Of a stretch of 46,807 nt of DNA, positions 21,258-31,201 are shown piece by piece; position 1 is the stretch's first letter; each line of letters opens with the position of its first letter. The notes under the pieces are model-generated. The model worked only from the letters and a program-made list of their open reading frames with translations, had not been told where the DNA came from and made no database searches. The stretch comes from Elusimicrobiota bacterium (GTDB lineage: Bacteria > Elusimicrobiota > Elusimicrobia > FEN-1173), in the NCBI GenBank assembly GCA_052388135.1, contig JBQTIM010000090.1, forward strand, positions 1-46,807. The letters are read 5' to 3'. The translations under genes were made by a program, and so were the position numbers.

Positions 21258-22244
21258 TTACGGCACCTCGACTTCATTGAAGATCTCCCGCACCACGTCC
21301 TCGGACGTCTTGCCCTCGGCCTCCGCCTCGTAGGTGACCAGCACGCGGTGGCGCAGGACGTCGGGCCCCATGGCCTTCACGTCCTCGGGCGTCACGTAGC
21401 CGCGGCCGCGCAGGAACGCGTAGGCCTGGGCGGCTTTGGCCAGGGCCAGGGTGGCCCGCGGCGAGGCCCCGTATTGGATCAGAGGCTTCAGCCGCCCCAG
21501 ACGGAACTTCTCCGGGTCGCGGGTGGCGAAGATGAGGTCGAGGATGTAGCCCTTTATTTTTTCGTCCACGTAAATTTCGTCCACCAGCCGGCGGGCGGCC
21601 AGGATCTTGGCCGGCGTGACCACGCGGCGCACCGTTTCGGGGCGGCCCAGCCCCATGCGCTCCATGATGGTCTTCTCCTCCTCGCGGGAGGGATAGGACA
21701 CCTTCAGTTTGAGCATGAAGCGGTCCACCTGGGCCTCGGGGAGGGGATAGGTGCCCTCCTGCTCGATGGGGTTCTGCGTGGCCAGCACGAGGAAAGGCTC
21801 GGGCAAGGGGTGGGTTTCGTCGCCCAGGGTCACCTGGCGCTCCTGCATGGCCTCCAGGAGCGCGCTCTGCACCTTGGCCGGCGCGCGGTTGATCTCGTCG
21901 GCCAGGACCAGGTTGGCGAAAACGGGGCCTTTCTTCACGGAGAATCGCCCGTCCTTCTGGCTGTAGACCAGGGTGCCCACCACGTCGGCGGGCAACAGGT
22001 CCGGCGTGAACTGGATGCGGCGGAAATCGGTCTCCGTCACGGCGGCCAGGGTGCGCACCGCCAGGGTCTTGGCCAGGCCCGGAACGCCCTCCAGGAGCAG
22101 GTGCCCGTTGCCCAGAAGGCCCACCAGCATGCGCTCCAGCAAGTATTTCTGTCCCACGATGACCTTGCCGATCTCGGCGAAGGTCTCCTCCACGAACAGG
22201 CTTTCCGCCTTCACTTTTTCATTGATGAGACGAATGTCCGACAT
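21258..22244 (-). CDS. moxR: MoxR family AAA+ ATPase
   Basis: LEGVPGLAKT, RIQFTPDLLPAD, DEINRAPAKVQSALLEAM, TQNPIEQEGTYPLPEAQ.DRF, GASPR; GAGGAGG RBS before ATG 22244. Confidence 0.95.
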   Translation of the reverse strand: MSDIRLINEKVKAESLFVEETFAEIGKVIVGQKYLLERMLVGLLGNGHLLLEGVPGLAKTLAVRTLAAVTETDFRRIQFTPDLLPADVVGTLVYSQKDGRFSVKKGPVFANLVLADEINRAPAKVQSALLEAMQERQVTLGDETHPLPEPFLVLATQNPIEQEGTYPLPEAQVDRFMLKLKVSYPSREEEKTIMERMGLGRPETVRRVVTPAKILAARRLVDEIYVDEKIKGYILDLIFATRDPEKFRLGRLKPLIQYGASPRATLALAKAAQAYAFLRGRGYVTPEDVKAMGPDVLRHRVLVTYEAEAEGKTSEDVVREIFNEVEVP

Positions 22245-22294
22245 GCCTTCCTCCTCGAGAACACGCGATGAACGCCGCTGCGCGGCGGATAAAA

Positions 22295-22324
22295 AGTATA
22301 GCTCCCGGCCCCGCGCGCCGTCAA
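22295..22324 (-). promoter_or_regulatory. sigma70 promoter of the moxR-bat operon
   Basis: TTGACG-18bp-TATACT on the minus strand. Confidence 0.6.
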
Positions 22325-22338
22325 CGTGAACGGCGTCG

Positions 22339-22367
22339 TTGACAAACGGGGGGACGGGAGATAGAAT
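22339..22367 (+). promoter_or_regulatory. sigma70 promoter of the phoH operon
   Basis: TTGACA-17bp-TAGAAT, back to back with the moxR promoter. Confidence 0.7.
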
Positions 22368-22483
22368 TAAGGCATCCCTCCCTCGCGCGCTCATACATCA
22401 ATCCGCTCATCGGCACCCGCGGACGGCTCTCCGGGCCTTCCGCCCGGCCCTTTTGAGCCCGTCCGAGCCCGGGACCTAACCCC

Positions 22484-23458
22484 ATGGTGACCAAACGCCT
22501 CGGCCTTTCCGACCAGGAAGAGGCCTTCCTCGTTTTCGGCCAGCACGACAAGAATTTGAAGGAGCTCGAGCGCCGGTTCGGCGTGCAGATTTTCCTCAAG
22601 CCCGACCGGCCCGAGACCTCCGGCGGCGGCATGGCCCTGGCGGTGCGGGGCCGGCCGCGGTCCGTGGATCAAGCGGTGGCCACCCTTCAGGAGATGAAGC
22701 GGGCGGCCGGGCGTTTGCGCCAAAAGGGCAACCACGATGAGTCGGTGGACGTGCCGCAGGAGGTGATGCCGGGCCAGCCTTTGCCGCCGGAGACGGTCCT
22801 GGTGACGGTGACCGGCCGGCCCGTGCGCGCCCAGACGCCCCAGCAGAGGGCCTACGTGCAGGCCCTGCAGAGCCGCGACATGGTGGTGGCCATCGGCCCC
22901 GCGGGCACGGGAAAAACCTTTTTGGCCGTGGCCACGGCCCTGGCGGCTTTCCAGGCGGGCCACGTGTCCCGCATCGTGCTCACGCGGCCGGTGGTGGAGG
23001 CGGGGGAAAAGCTGGGGTTCCTGCCGGGCGATTTCCATGAGAAGGTCCATCCTTACCTGAAGCCGCTCTACGACGCTTTCTATTTCCTGTCCGGGCCCGA
23101 CCGTTTCCACCAGATGCGGGACGAGGAAAGCATCGAGATCGTGCCCCTGGCCTACATGCGCGGCCGCACGCTGGACGACGCCTTCATCATATTGGACGAG
23201 GGCCAGAACACGACGCCGCCCCAAATGAAGATGTTCCTGACGCGCATGGGCAACGGCTCCAAGGTGGTGATCACCGGCGACGTGACGCAGATCGATTTGG
23301 AGAAGAAGGACCAGTCGGGCCTTCTGGAAATCCAGAACGTGCTCAAGGACATCCCCGACATCGCCTTCGTGCGCTTCACCGGCGAGGACGTGGTGCGCCA
23401 CGGTTTGGTGAGGAAGATCATCGCCGCCTACGACCGCTGGGAAGGGAGGGGCGCGTGA
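22484..23458 (+). CDS. phoH: PhoH-like ATPase (YbeZ type)
   Basis: GPAGTGKT, LTRPVVEAGEKLGFLPGD, PLAYMRGRT, DEGQN, GDVTQIDL, DVVRH. Confidence 0.95.
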   Translation: MVTKRLGLSDQEEAFLVFGQHDKNLKELERRFGVQIFLKPDRPETSGGGMALAVRGRPRSVDQAVATLQEMKRAAGRLRQKGNHDESVDVPQEVMPGQPLPPETVLVTVTGRPVRAQTPQQRAYVQALQSRDMVVAIGPAGTGKTFLAVATALAAFQAGHVSRIVLTRPVVEAGEKLGFLPGDFHEKVHPYLKPLYDAFYFLSGPDRFHQMRDEESIEIVPLAYMRGRTLDDAFIILDEGQNTTPPQMKMFLTRMGNGSKVVITGDVTQIDLEKKDQSGLLEIQNVLKDIPDIAFVRFTGEDVVRHGLVRKIIAAYDRWEGRGA

Positions 23459-24978
23459 GGGCCTTTTGGAACGCGAAACTGCGCGAGCCCCTGCGGCGGC
23501 TCCTGATCCGCCTGTTGTCGTGGACGGAAAAGGGCGCGGCGCCGGCCGCCGGCGGTCCGCGCTCCCGCACCATCTCCCTGTGGAAGCGCGACATCCACGT
23601 GCCCGTCTGGCTGGTGGCGTTGGTGGTGTCCGTCTTCCTTTTTCTCGTGCTGTTGCTGGAGATCGGCATGGGCTGGTCCAACGCGGCGGCGATGTTCTTG
23701 TTCACGGCCGCCCTGGCCGGCCTTTTCATTTTCTATTTCAAGCACGACCAGCCCCACATGCTCCACGACGACGAGGCCGTGGCCCTGCTGGGCGTCCTCA
23801 TGGTGGGCGGGGTGGGCCTCATCGAGTTGTGGACGGGCGCCGCGGCGCGGTTCTCCTGGATGGCGCCCCACGGCGTGCCTTTGGCGGCTGCGCCCATCCT
23901 CACGTCCATATTGCTGTCGCCCCGGCTGGCGGTCATCGTGACCATGGCGCTGGCGCTCATCCTGGGCATGATCCAGGGGTTTTCCCTGGAGGCGGCCCTC
24001 ATCGCGTCCTTCGGCGGTCTGGCCGGGGTGGCGCGCTCCCTCTTCGTCAGCGCCCGCCGGGACTTGACCCGCGCCGGGCTGTGGGCCGCCGCGGGCCATG
24101 CCGTGGCCGTCATGATCCCGGCCCTGCTCCAGCATTGGCAGTGGCGGCAGACGGGCCACGCTCTCCTGTGGGCCGGCGTGAGCGGCGCGGCGGCCGGCCT
24201 TCTGGCGCTGAGCCTCCTTTCGCCTTTGGAAAATTTCTTCTCCCGCCTCAGCAACATCAAGCTTTTGGAGTTATCCGACGTGAACCATCCCTTGCTCAAG
24301 AGGATGAGCCTGGAGGCGCCGGGCACCTATCACCATTCCCTCATCATGGCCTCCCTGGCGGAAGCGGCGGCCCAGGCCATCGGGGCCAAAGGCCTGCTTT
24401 GCCGCGTGGGCGCCTACTTCCACGACATCGGCAAGATGGTGAAGCCGGAATATTTCGTGGAGAACCAGGGCGCCCTGGGCAACCCCCACGACCCTCTGCC
24501 GGCCAATATGTCGCGCCTTGTGATCCAGTCCCACGTGAAGGACGGCCTGGCGCTGGCCCGGCAGCACAACCTGGACCGGGCCGTCGCGGAGTTCATCCCC
24601 ATGCACCACGGCACCTCGCGCATCGAGTATTTTTACCGGCGGGCCATCGAGCAGAACATCGGCGGCGAGGAGGTGGGCGAGGAGGAATACCGCTACCCCG
24701 GCCCGCGGCCCCACAGCAAGGAGACGGCCATCGTCATGCTGGCCGATTCCATCGAGGCTTCGGCCCGCGCTTTGGAGGATCCCACCCACCAGCGCCTGCG
24801 GGACTTGGTTCAAAAAGTGGTGAGCACGAAGCTGGCCGACGGCCAGTTCGACGAGGTGCCGCTGACGCTTTCGGACCTGCACAAGATTTCGGAAAGTTTC
24901 GTCAACACCCTCACGGGCGTTTACCATTCCCGCGTGCGTTACCCCGACGCGTCCTCCCCCGCCTCCTCCCAGGCGTGA
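23455..24978 (+). CDS. 7TM + HD-domain phosphohydrolase (PgpH/YqfF-like)
   Basis: Multiple TM helices, then LLELSD.NHPLL, APGTYHHS, HDIGK..KPEYFVENQ, HHGT, YRYPGPRP, LADSIEA. Confidence 0.9.
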   Translation: MRAFWNAKLREPLRRLLIRLLSWTEKGAAPAAGGPRSRTISLWKRDIHVPVWLVALVVSVFLFLVLLLEIGMGWSNAAAMFLFTAALAGLFIFYFKHDQPHMLHDDEAVALLGVLMVGGVGLIELWTGAAARFSWMAPHGVPLAAAPILTSILLSPRLAVIVTMALALILGMIQGFSLEAALIASFGGLAGVARSLFVSARRDLTRAGLWAAAGHAVAVMIPALLQHWQWRQTGHALLWAGVSGAAAGLLALSLLSPLENFFSRLSNIKLLELSDVNHPLLKRMSLEAPGTYHHSLIMASLAEAAAQAIGAKGLLCRVGAYFHDIGKMVKPEYFVENQGALGNPHDPLPANMSRLVIQSHVKDGLALARQHNLDRAVAEFIPMHHGTSRIEYFYRRAIEQNIGGEEVGEEEYRYPGPRPHSKETAIVMLADSIEASARALEDPTHQRLRDLVQKVVSTKLADGQFDEVPLTLSDLHKISESFVNTLTGVYHSRVRYPDASSPASSQA

Positions 24979-25128
24979 CGTCGTGAGCCGCGAGCGCCCG
25001 CGCCCGGCCCGCCTCCCGGCCGGTTCCCGCCGGAATTCATAATGACCGAAGCGCCGGACCCCGGTCCGCCCGGGAGAGGTCGCCGTGCCTCGCCGCGCCG
25101 GTGCGGTGCGTCCAACGCTTTTTTGTCT

Positions 25129-25239
25129 GTCATTGCGGGGAATGCTGTTTGCGACGAAGCAATCCCGGTTCTCAGCGCGCGAAGAATGCTCTCGGCGTCG
25201 GCGAAACCTGGGATGGCTTCGCCTTTGGCTCGCAATGAC
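25129..25239. repeat. Palindromic GTCATTGCG...CGCAATGAC element (RPE/CIR-like), family C
   Basis: GTCATTGCG..GAAGCAATCCC..GGGATGGCTTCG..CTCGCAATGAC nested inverted repeats, 111 bp. Confidence 0.8.
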
Positions 25240-25261
25240 GGCGGGATAAATCCAGGGGCTT

Positions 25262-25771
25262 ATGACGCGCCGCGCTAGCCTGCGCGTTCGTTTTTCCACC
25301 GAGCTGGACACGTCGTCCTACCGGCTGGAATCCCGGGCCGGAGTTTCACGGGCCGGTTCCTGGCGGTCCCTGGAGGCGGCGGCCCGGCGCGGCGCCCTGC
25401 GCGCTCTGCGGCGCGGGAAGGCGCGCGGGCCGGGAGTCCTGAATGTGGTGTGGACGTCCCGGGGCCGGCTCCTGGCGCTCAACCGCCGCTTCCGCCGCAC
25501 CGACGCCTACACCGACGTCATCGCCTTCCGCTACGAGGATCCCCCGCCGGGCCCCGGCCGCCGGCCGGCGGCGCCGCCTTTCGGAGACCTCTACATCGCC
25601 GTTCCCCAGGCCCGCGCCAACGCCCGCCGCTTCGGCGCCGGCCTGCGCGAGGAGCTGATCCGGCTGGTGGTCCACGGCACGCTCCACCTTTTGGGTTACA
25701 CCGACTACACTCCCCGGGCGAAAAAGGTCATGTGGACCGAGCAGGAAAAAATCGTCCGGGCGCTGGTTTGA
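25262..25771 (+). CDS. ybeY: rRNA maturation RNase YbeY
   Basis: LNRRFR..D..TDVIAF, GDLYI, EELIRLVVHGTLHLLGY; usual phoH-HD-ybeY context. Confidence 0.9.
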   Translation: MTRRASLRVRFSTELDTSSYRLESRAGVSRAGSWRSLEAAARRGALRALRRGKARGPGVLNVVWTSRGRLLALNRRFRRTDAYTDVIAFRYEDPPPGPGRRPAAPPFGDLYIAVPQARANARRFGAGLREELIRLVVHGTLHLLGYTDYTPRAKKVMWTEQEKIVRALV

Positions 25772-25919
25772 AAAACCCGCCGGCCGCCGTCCCGCGCCCG
25801 CTTCGCCCCTTTCCCGCCGCGGACTTTTCGCCGCTCCGCGGGCCCCGAACGCTCTTCCGGCGCGTTTCTCCTTCGGCTTCGTCCCGCCCCGCCGGCGCGC
25901 GCCCGGGGCTTCCCTCCGC

Positions 25920-26951
25920 ATGGTCCTGATAGAAGCGGCCGTTTTGGTTCTTCTCTTCACGGCTTAGGCTTTCTTCGCCGCCGCGGAGGCGGCCCTCACG
26001 GCCCTCTCCAGCCTCCGCATGAAAAAAATCGGCGCTTTCCAGCCCCGCCTGGTGGCGCACTTCAGCCGCTGGCTGTCCAAGCCGCACGAGCTTCTCATCA
26101 CCATTTTGGTGGGGAACAACCTGGCCAACATGGCTTTCTCCAGCCTCACGGGGGCGCTGTTCCTGCCCCTGCTGGCCGGCGTGCCGGCGGGCGAGGTTCT
26201 CGTGTGGCTGGCGGCGTCGGCGCTGGTGCTGATTTTCGCGGAGATCGTGCCCAAGATCGTCGGGCGCGTCTACGCCGAGCGCATCGCGTCGCGGGCCCTG
26301 CCGCCGCTCTGGGGCATGGCGCGGCTCCTGACGTTCCTGTTCGTCCCCGCGCAGTGGCTCATCGCCCGCACCGGCAAGGGTTTGGAGGCGCCCGTGAACC
26401 GCCTCACGGCCCTGAGCCTGGAGGAGATGCAGCACGTGATCCAGGAGACGGAAGCCGCCGGCCAGGTGCCCCGGGAGTCGGGCGAGATGATGGCCCGCGT
26501 GCTGTCCCTGCACCGGCGCACGGTGGCCGACATCCTTCAGCCGGCCCACGCCGTGGACTCCGCGCCGCTGGAGATGCTGGACGCCGGCGGCTCCGAGGAG
26601 CTTTTCGTGGACCGGCTGGTGGAATCGGGCCGCAGCCGCGTGCCCGTGACGCGGGCCGGCGTGCCCGTGGGCGTGATCCACGCCATGGATTTGTTGAAAG
26701 AGTGGAAGGAAGGCCGCGCGGAGTCCCTGGAGGGATTGGTGCGGCCGGCCCGCTGGGTGCCGCCGTCCAAGGAAGTGGCCGAGCTCCTGGCCGATTTTCA
26801 AAAGAGCGGAGACCACATGGCCCTGGTGGAGGGCGAGGGCGGGGAATTTCTCGGCCTGGCGACTTTGGAGGACGTCCTTGAAGAAGTGGTGGGCGAGATT
26901 CTTGACGAGTACGATTTGGAGCAGAAAAAGACGGACGGGATGGCGCCGTGA
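25920..26951 (+). pseudogene. CNNM (DUF21)-CBS protein interrupted by an in-frame TAG at codon 16 (pseudogene or sequence error)
   Basis: ATG 25920 reads MVLIEAAVLVLLFTA*AFFAAAEAALTALSSLR into track ORF 26019..26951 (TILVGNNLAN, FAEIVPK, SRVPV, TLEDVLEEVVGEILDEYD); TAG at 25965-25967. Confidence 0.75.
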
Positions 26952-27964
26952 CGGATTTCCTCCTTAAAACCGCCCTGGTTTTCCTGACGATCCTCCTGAG
27001 CGCCTACGCGTCCCTGGCGGAGACGGCCTTCATGAGCCTGTCGCGCCTCCAACTGGCGCGCCTGCGCAAGGCCTGGCCCGGACGCCTGGCGTTCTGGGAG
27101 GAGGACCCGGACCAAACTTTGGCCGCCGTCCTTTTGGCCAACAACCTCATCAACGTGGGCCTGGGCGTGTTGGCGGTGGACATGGCCATGGACGCGCAGG
27201 CTCTGTGGGGACTGCCTTTCCGCTGGGGCGGGTGGCTCTTTCCGGCGGTCATGGCCGCCGGCGTCATCGTCGTCGGGGAAATATTGCCCAAGGTGCTGGC
27301 CCGGCTGGCGCCCGAGGCTTGGGCCCTGCGGCTGGCGCCATCCTTAAGAATCGTGGTGCGGGCGCTGGGGCCGCTGGTGCAGGGCCTGTCCTCCGCCACG
27401 GGCGACGCCTTGGCGCGCCTGTCGCGGCGCGTGGCGGCGGAGCGCGCGCAATGGAGCGAGCCCGTCATCCGCACGCTCCTGGCCGGCTCCCCGCTCACGC
27501 CGTCCCTGCGCTCCATGCTCGGCAACCTTTTGGATTTCGGCCGCCGGCCCGTGTCGGAGGTGATGGTGCCGCGGGAGGAAATCGCCGCCGTGGACGCGTC
27601 CCTGCCGCGGGCCGAGATCATCGCCCGCGTGCTGGCCTCCGGCTATTCCCGCGTGCCCGTCTACCGCGGCTCGCTGGACAACGTGGTGGGCATCCTCTAC
27701 GCCAAGGATTTGCTGGTTTTCTGGCGCAGCCAGGAACTCCTGGTTTTGGAGGATTTGTTCCGGCCCGTTCAGCGCGTTCCGTCGAGCATGCCCCTGGGCC
27801 GGCTCCTGCGGGATTTCCGCGCCGGCCGCAACCATTTGGCCCTGGCCGTGGACGGCGCCGGCCGCGTGCAAGGCCTGGTGACCATGCAGGACGCTCTCGA
27901 AGCCATCGCCGGCGAGGTGGCCGAGGAGCCGGACTTAAAACAGGGACTGGCGGCCAGGGAGTAA
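26948..27964 (+). CDS. CNNM (DUF21)-CBS hemolysin/CorB-like protein
   Basis: SAYASLAETAF, LLANNLIN, GEILPK, VMVPR, GYSRVPVY, GILYAKD; GTGA overlap with the preceding gene. Confidence 0.9.
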   Translation: MTDFLLKTALVFLTILLSAYASLAETAFMSLSRLQLARLRKAWPGRLAFWEEDPDQTLAAVLLANNLINVGLGVLAVDMAMDAQALWGLPFRWGGWLFPAVMAAGVIVVGEILPKVLARLAPEAWALRLAPSLRIVVRALGPLVQGLSSATGDALARLSRRVAAERAQWSEPVIRTLLAGSPLTPSLRSMLGNLLDFGRRPVSEVMVPREEIAAVDASLPRAEIIARVLASGYSRVPVYRGSLDNVVGILYAKDLLVFWRSQELLVLEDLFRPVQRVPSSMPLGRLLRDFRAGRNHLALAVDGAGRVQGLVTMQDALEAIAGEVAEEPDLKQGLAARE

Positions 27965-28136
27965 GCGGCGCAGCGGACGGGACGCAAGCCGCCGCGCTTG
28001 TCCCGGCGGGAGGGGACGTTCGCGCGGGGGCTGGCGCAAAGGCCGCGAACAGCATAAAATCTAACCGCAGAAAGGAAAAAGCGGTTCGGGGCCGCGGGTT
28101 TCTTCCGACGCCCTGGATCTCAAAGCGCCCTCCCTT

Positions 28137-29501
28137 ATGGCCATTCAATCCTTCGCCCTTTTCGTTCCCGAAATCCGCCAGCTCCTGGCCGGCAAATCCT
28201 ATAAGGAGTTGAAGCGCGTCCTCAACGACATGAACCCCGCCGACCTGGCCGAGGGCTGGGGGAGCTTTTCCGCCAACGAGCAGATCGTCCTCTTCAAACT
28301 GCTGACGGCGGTGCGCGCCGTGGAGCTGTTCGAGGAGCTGGAGCTGGAGGAGCAGATGCGCCTGCTGGGCGCGCTGGAGCAGGGGGCCCTGGGACCGGTC
28401 TTGGAGGAGTTGGACGCGAAGACGGCCTCCCGCCTGTTCCACCGCCTGCCCCCGCGCGTGGTGCGCCGCATGACGTCCACCATCCGCCGGGAGAAGGTGG
28501 ACCGCATCCGCACGGCGGCGGCCTTCGCGCCCAACACCGCCGGCAGCCTGATGCACACGGATTTGCTGGACCTGCGGCCCCGCCAGACGGTGCGGCAGGC
28601 CCTGGAGCGCGTGCGCGCCTCCTCCCGCCTGCACCGCATGGGCGAGCTGCAGGTGTTCTACGTGGTGGACGGCGAGGGCCGGCTTTTGGGCGCGGTCTCG
28701 CCGCGCGCGCTCATCGCCGCCCCGTCGGAGATGAGGCTGGAGGAGATCATGACGCCCGTCCAGCTCATCAAAGTGCGCGCCGAGGCCGACCAGGAGGAGG
28801 CGGCCAAAATCTTTTCGAAATATAAAATTTTCGCCGCGCCCGTGGTGGACGAGGGGAACCGCCTTCTGGGCATCCTCTCGGCCAACGACATCCTCCACGT
28901 GCTGAGCCAGGAGGCCACCGAGGACATCGCCAAGATGGCCGGCACCGGCGCCGAGGAGCTGGAGACGGGCTCCGTCCTGCACGTGGCGCGCCTGCGCATG
29001 CCGTGGCTCCTGGCCTCGTGGCTGGGCGGCATCCTGGTCAGCTTCATCATCACGCGCTACGAGCACACCCTGGCGAGCGTGGTGGCCCTGGCGGCCTTCA
29101 TGCCCGTCATCGCCGGCATGGGCGGCAACGTGGGCACCCAGTCGTCCACCATCGTCGTGCGCGGACTGGCCACCGGGCACATCCAGCTGGGGGAAATTTC
29201 CGCCATGGTCTGGCGCGAGCTCCGCATCGGCCTCTTGCTGGGCCTGGGCTACGGGTTCCTGCTGGGGGCGCTGGCTTTTTTCCGCTACGGGTCGGACATG
29301 CCCTGGGTTTTCCCGCTGGTGGTGGGGCTGGGCATCTGCACCTCCATGACCGTGGCCGCCGTCATGGGCGCCGCCGCTCCCATGATCATCAAGCGCCTCA
29401 ACGTGGACCCGGCCGTCTGCAGCGCGCCCTTCGTCAGCACGGCCACGGACATCGTGAGCCTGCTCACCTATTTCTCCATCGCCACGTGGCTCTTGCTATA
29501 A
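28137..29501 (+). CDS. mgtE: Magnesium transporter MgtE
   Basis: MgtE_N + CBS pair, EATEDI, RMPWL, GMGGNVGTQS, DPAV.SAPFVST.TD. Confidence 0.95.
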   Translation: MAIQSFALFVPEIRQLLAGKSYKELKRVLNDMNPADLAEGWGSFSANEQIVLFKLLTAVRAVELFEELELEEQMRLLGALEQGALGPVLEELDAKTASRLFHRLPPRVVRRMTSTIRREKVDRIRTAAAFAPNTAGSLMHTDLLDLRPRQTVRQALERVRASSRLHRMGELQVFYVVDGEGRLLGAVSPRALIAAPSEMRLEEIMTPVQLIKVRAEADQEEAAKIFSKYKIFAAPVVDEGNRLLGILSANDILHVLSQEATEDIAKMAGTGAEELETGSVLHVARLRMPWLLASWLGGILVSFIITRYEHTLASVVALAAFMPVIAGMGGNVGTQSSTIVVRGLATGHIQLGEISAMVWRELRIGLLLGLGYGFLLGALAFFRYGSDMPWVFPLVVGLGICTSMTVAAVMGAAAPMIIKRLNVDPAVCSAPFVSTATDIVSLLTYFSIATWLLL

Positions 29502-29585
29502 TCAAGCGCGGCGCGCGGGCGCCGGGCGCGGGTTTTCGCGGCGGGGCCGCGGTCTCGCCGGCGCTTCCGCCCGCCCGCAACCCAC

Positions 29586-30347
29586 ATGTACTTTAACGTT
29601 CACGCCATCGTCCTCAGCAGCCGCAAGAGCGGAGAAAGCGAGCGGCGGCTCTTCCTTTACACGCGGGAATTGGGCCGCCTGCCGGCGCTCCTGGCCGGCG
29701 CCGGAAAACCGTCCTCGCGCATGGCCCCCGCCGCCGAGCCCGCGGTGGAATCGCGCTTCCGCCTCTGGATGAGGCCCGGCGCCGCCTCCGCCCGCGTCAC
29801 GGGCGGGTCCGTGTCGTCGGGTTTTCCCGCTTTGCGCGCCTCGTGGACCCGCATGAGCGCCGCCCTCTTCCTCTGCGAGTGGACGGAGAAGCTCACCGCC
29901 GCCCAGCAGCCGCATCCGGAAAAATACGATCTTCTGCGGTCCGCCCTCGCCGCCCTGGAAACCGGCGACGAAGCCTTGGTGCGGTCGGCTTTCCTCCTTC
30001 AATTCCTGGAGCGCGCGGGTTACGCCTGCGGCGCGGACGTGCTGGGCCCGGCGGAGGAACGATGGCGGCCCCTGGTGGACGCTCTGCGCGCCTACGATTT
30101 TTCTCCCGCTCCGGCCCCCGCCGGCCTGCGGGAAACCGCTCCCGCCTTGGAAGCGCAAATCCTGCGCTTCGTCTCTCCTTTGCTGCACGGTCCTCTCAAA
30201 AGCGTGGCCCACCGGCGGGCCCTGGAGGATTACTTGAAAGGGGCGGAACCCCGGACGCGGAAGGACGCGGCGAAGCTCCCCGCTCCGGATTTTGGTTTGT
30301 CGCCGCGCCGTGCCGCGCCGGCTTTCCTTCGCCCGTCCGCCGCATGA
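29586..30347 (+). CDS. recO: DNA repair protein RecO
   Basis: AIVLS...GESER.L.LYTRELG, helical domain, GY; lies just before glyQ; divergent, with a P/A-rich tail. Confidence 0.8.
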   Translation: MYFNVHAIVLSSRKSGESERRLFLYTRELGRLPALLAGAGKPSSRMAPAAEPAVESRFRLWMRPGAASARVTGGSVSSGFPALRASWTRMSAALFLCEWTEKLTAAQQPHPEKYDLLRSALAALETGDEALVRSAFLLQFLERAGYACGADVLGPAEERWRPLVDALRAYDFSPAPAPAGLRETAPALEAQILRFVSPLLHGPLKSVAHRRALEDYLKGAEPRTRKDAAKLPAPDFGLSPRRAAPAFLRPSAA

Positions 30348-31201
30348 CATTTCAAGACATCATCCTCGCCCTTCACAAGTTCTGGGCCAAGCAGGGTTGC
30401 CTGCTCTGGCAGCCCTACGACGTGGAAAAAGGCGCGGGAACCTTCAACCCCGCCACGTTCCTGCGCTGCCTGGGCCCCCAGCCCTGGGCCGCCGCCTACG
30501 TGGAGCCCTCGCGCCGCCCCACCGACGGGCGCTACGGCGAAAACCCCAACCGCCTTCAGCACTACTATCAATACCAAGTCCTCATCAAACCCGCCCCGGC
30601 GGACATCCAAGACAAATACCTGGCTTCCCTCAAGGCCATCGGCATAGACCCGCGCCGCCACGACATCCGCTTCGTGGAGGACGACTGGGAAAGCCCCACC
30701 CTGGGCGCCTGGGGCCTGGGCTGGGAGGTGTGGCTGGACGGCATGGAGATCACCCAGTTCACCTATTTCCAGCAGGTGGGGGGCATCGACTTGAACCCCA
30801 TTTCCGTCGAGATCACCTACGGCCTCGAGCGCCTGGCCATGTACTCGCAAAAGAAGAACAGCGTTTACGACGTGCACTGGACGGAGCGAACCACCTACGG
30901 CCAGGTGCACCTGGAGGACGAGCGGCAGTTCTCCGCCTACAATTTCGAAGCCGCCGACGTGGAGCAATTGCGGCGGCACTTCACCGACTGGGAAGCCGAG
31001 GCCAAGCGGCTCCTGGAAAAAAACCTCGTCCTGCCGGCCTACGACGCCGTTATGAAATGCTCGCACCTCTTCAATCTGCTGGACGCGCGCCGCGCCATCT
31101 CCGTCACCGAGCGCGTGGGCTACATCGGCCGCGTGCGCGCCTTGGCGCGAAAAGTCGCCGAAGGCTACATGGCCCTCATCGGCGCGGGAACGCCGGCGTG
31201 A
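30344..31201 (+). CDS. glyQ: Glycyl-tRNA synthetase alpha subunit
   Basis: [61 protein letters not shown]. Confidence 0.97.
   Translation: MTFQDIILALHKFWAKQGCLLWQPYDVEKGAGTFNPATFLRCLGPQPWAAAYVEPSRRPTDGRYGENPNRLQHYYQYQVLIKPAPADIQDKYLASLKAIGIDPRRHDIRFVEDDWESPTLGAWGLGWEVWLDGMEITQFTYFQQVGGIDLNPISVEITYGLERLAMYSQKKNSVYDVHWTERTTYGQVHLEDERQFSAYNFEAADVEQLRRHFTDWEAEAKRLLEKNLVLPAYDAVMKCSHLFNLLDARRAISVTERVGYIGRVRALARKVAEGYMALIGAGTPA

Noticed and set aside
25670-25710. YbeY third zinc His replaced (HGTLHLLGYTD)
   Set aside because: Asp variants at this position occur in other bacterial YbeY proteins.
16240-25918. A further repeat family linking 16240-16345, 21135-21255 and 25775-25918 (shared words such as CGCGCCCGCTTCG)
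   Set aside because: Matches are short and expected by chance at this GC content; no alignable boundaries.
25965-25967. TAG reassignment or pyrrolysine readthrough
   Set aside because: TAG ends metF, argC, the PuuD-like gene and others at the expected positions; a single substitution is simpler.
27965-28136. M-box (ykoK) or second GEMM riboswitch (contains GGGACGCAAGCC)
   Set aside because: No M-box conserved segments; the GEMM 5' strand and P2/P3 context are missing.
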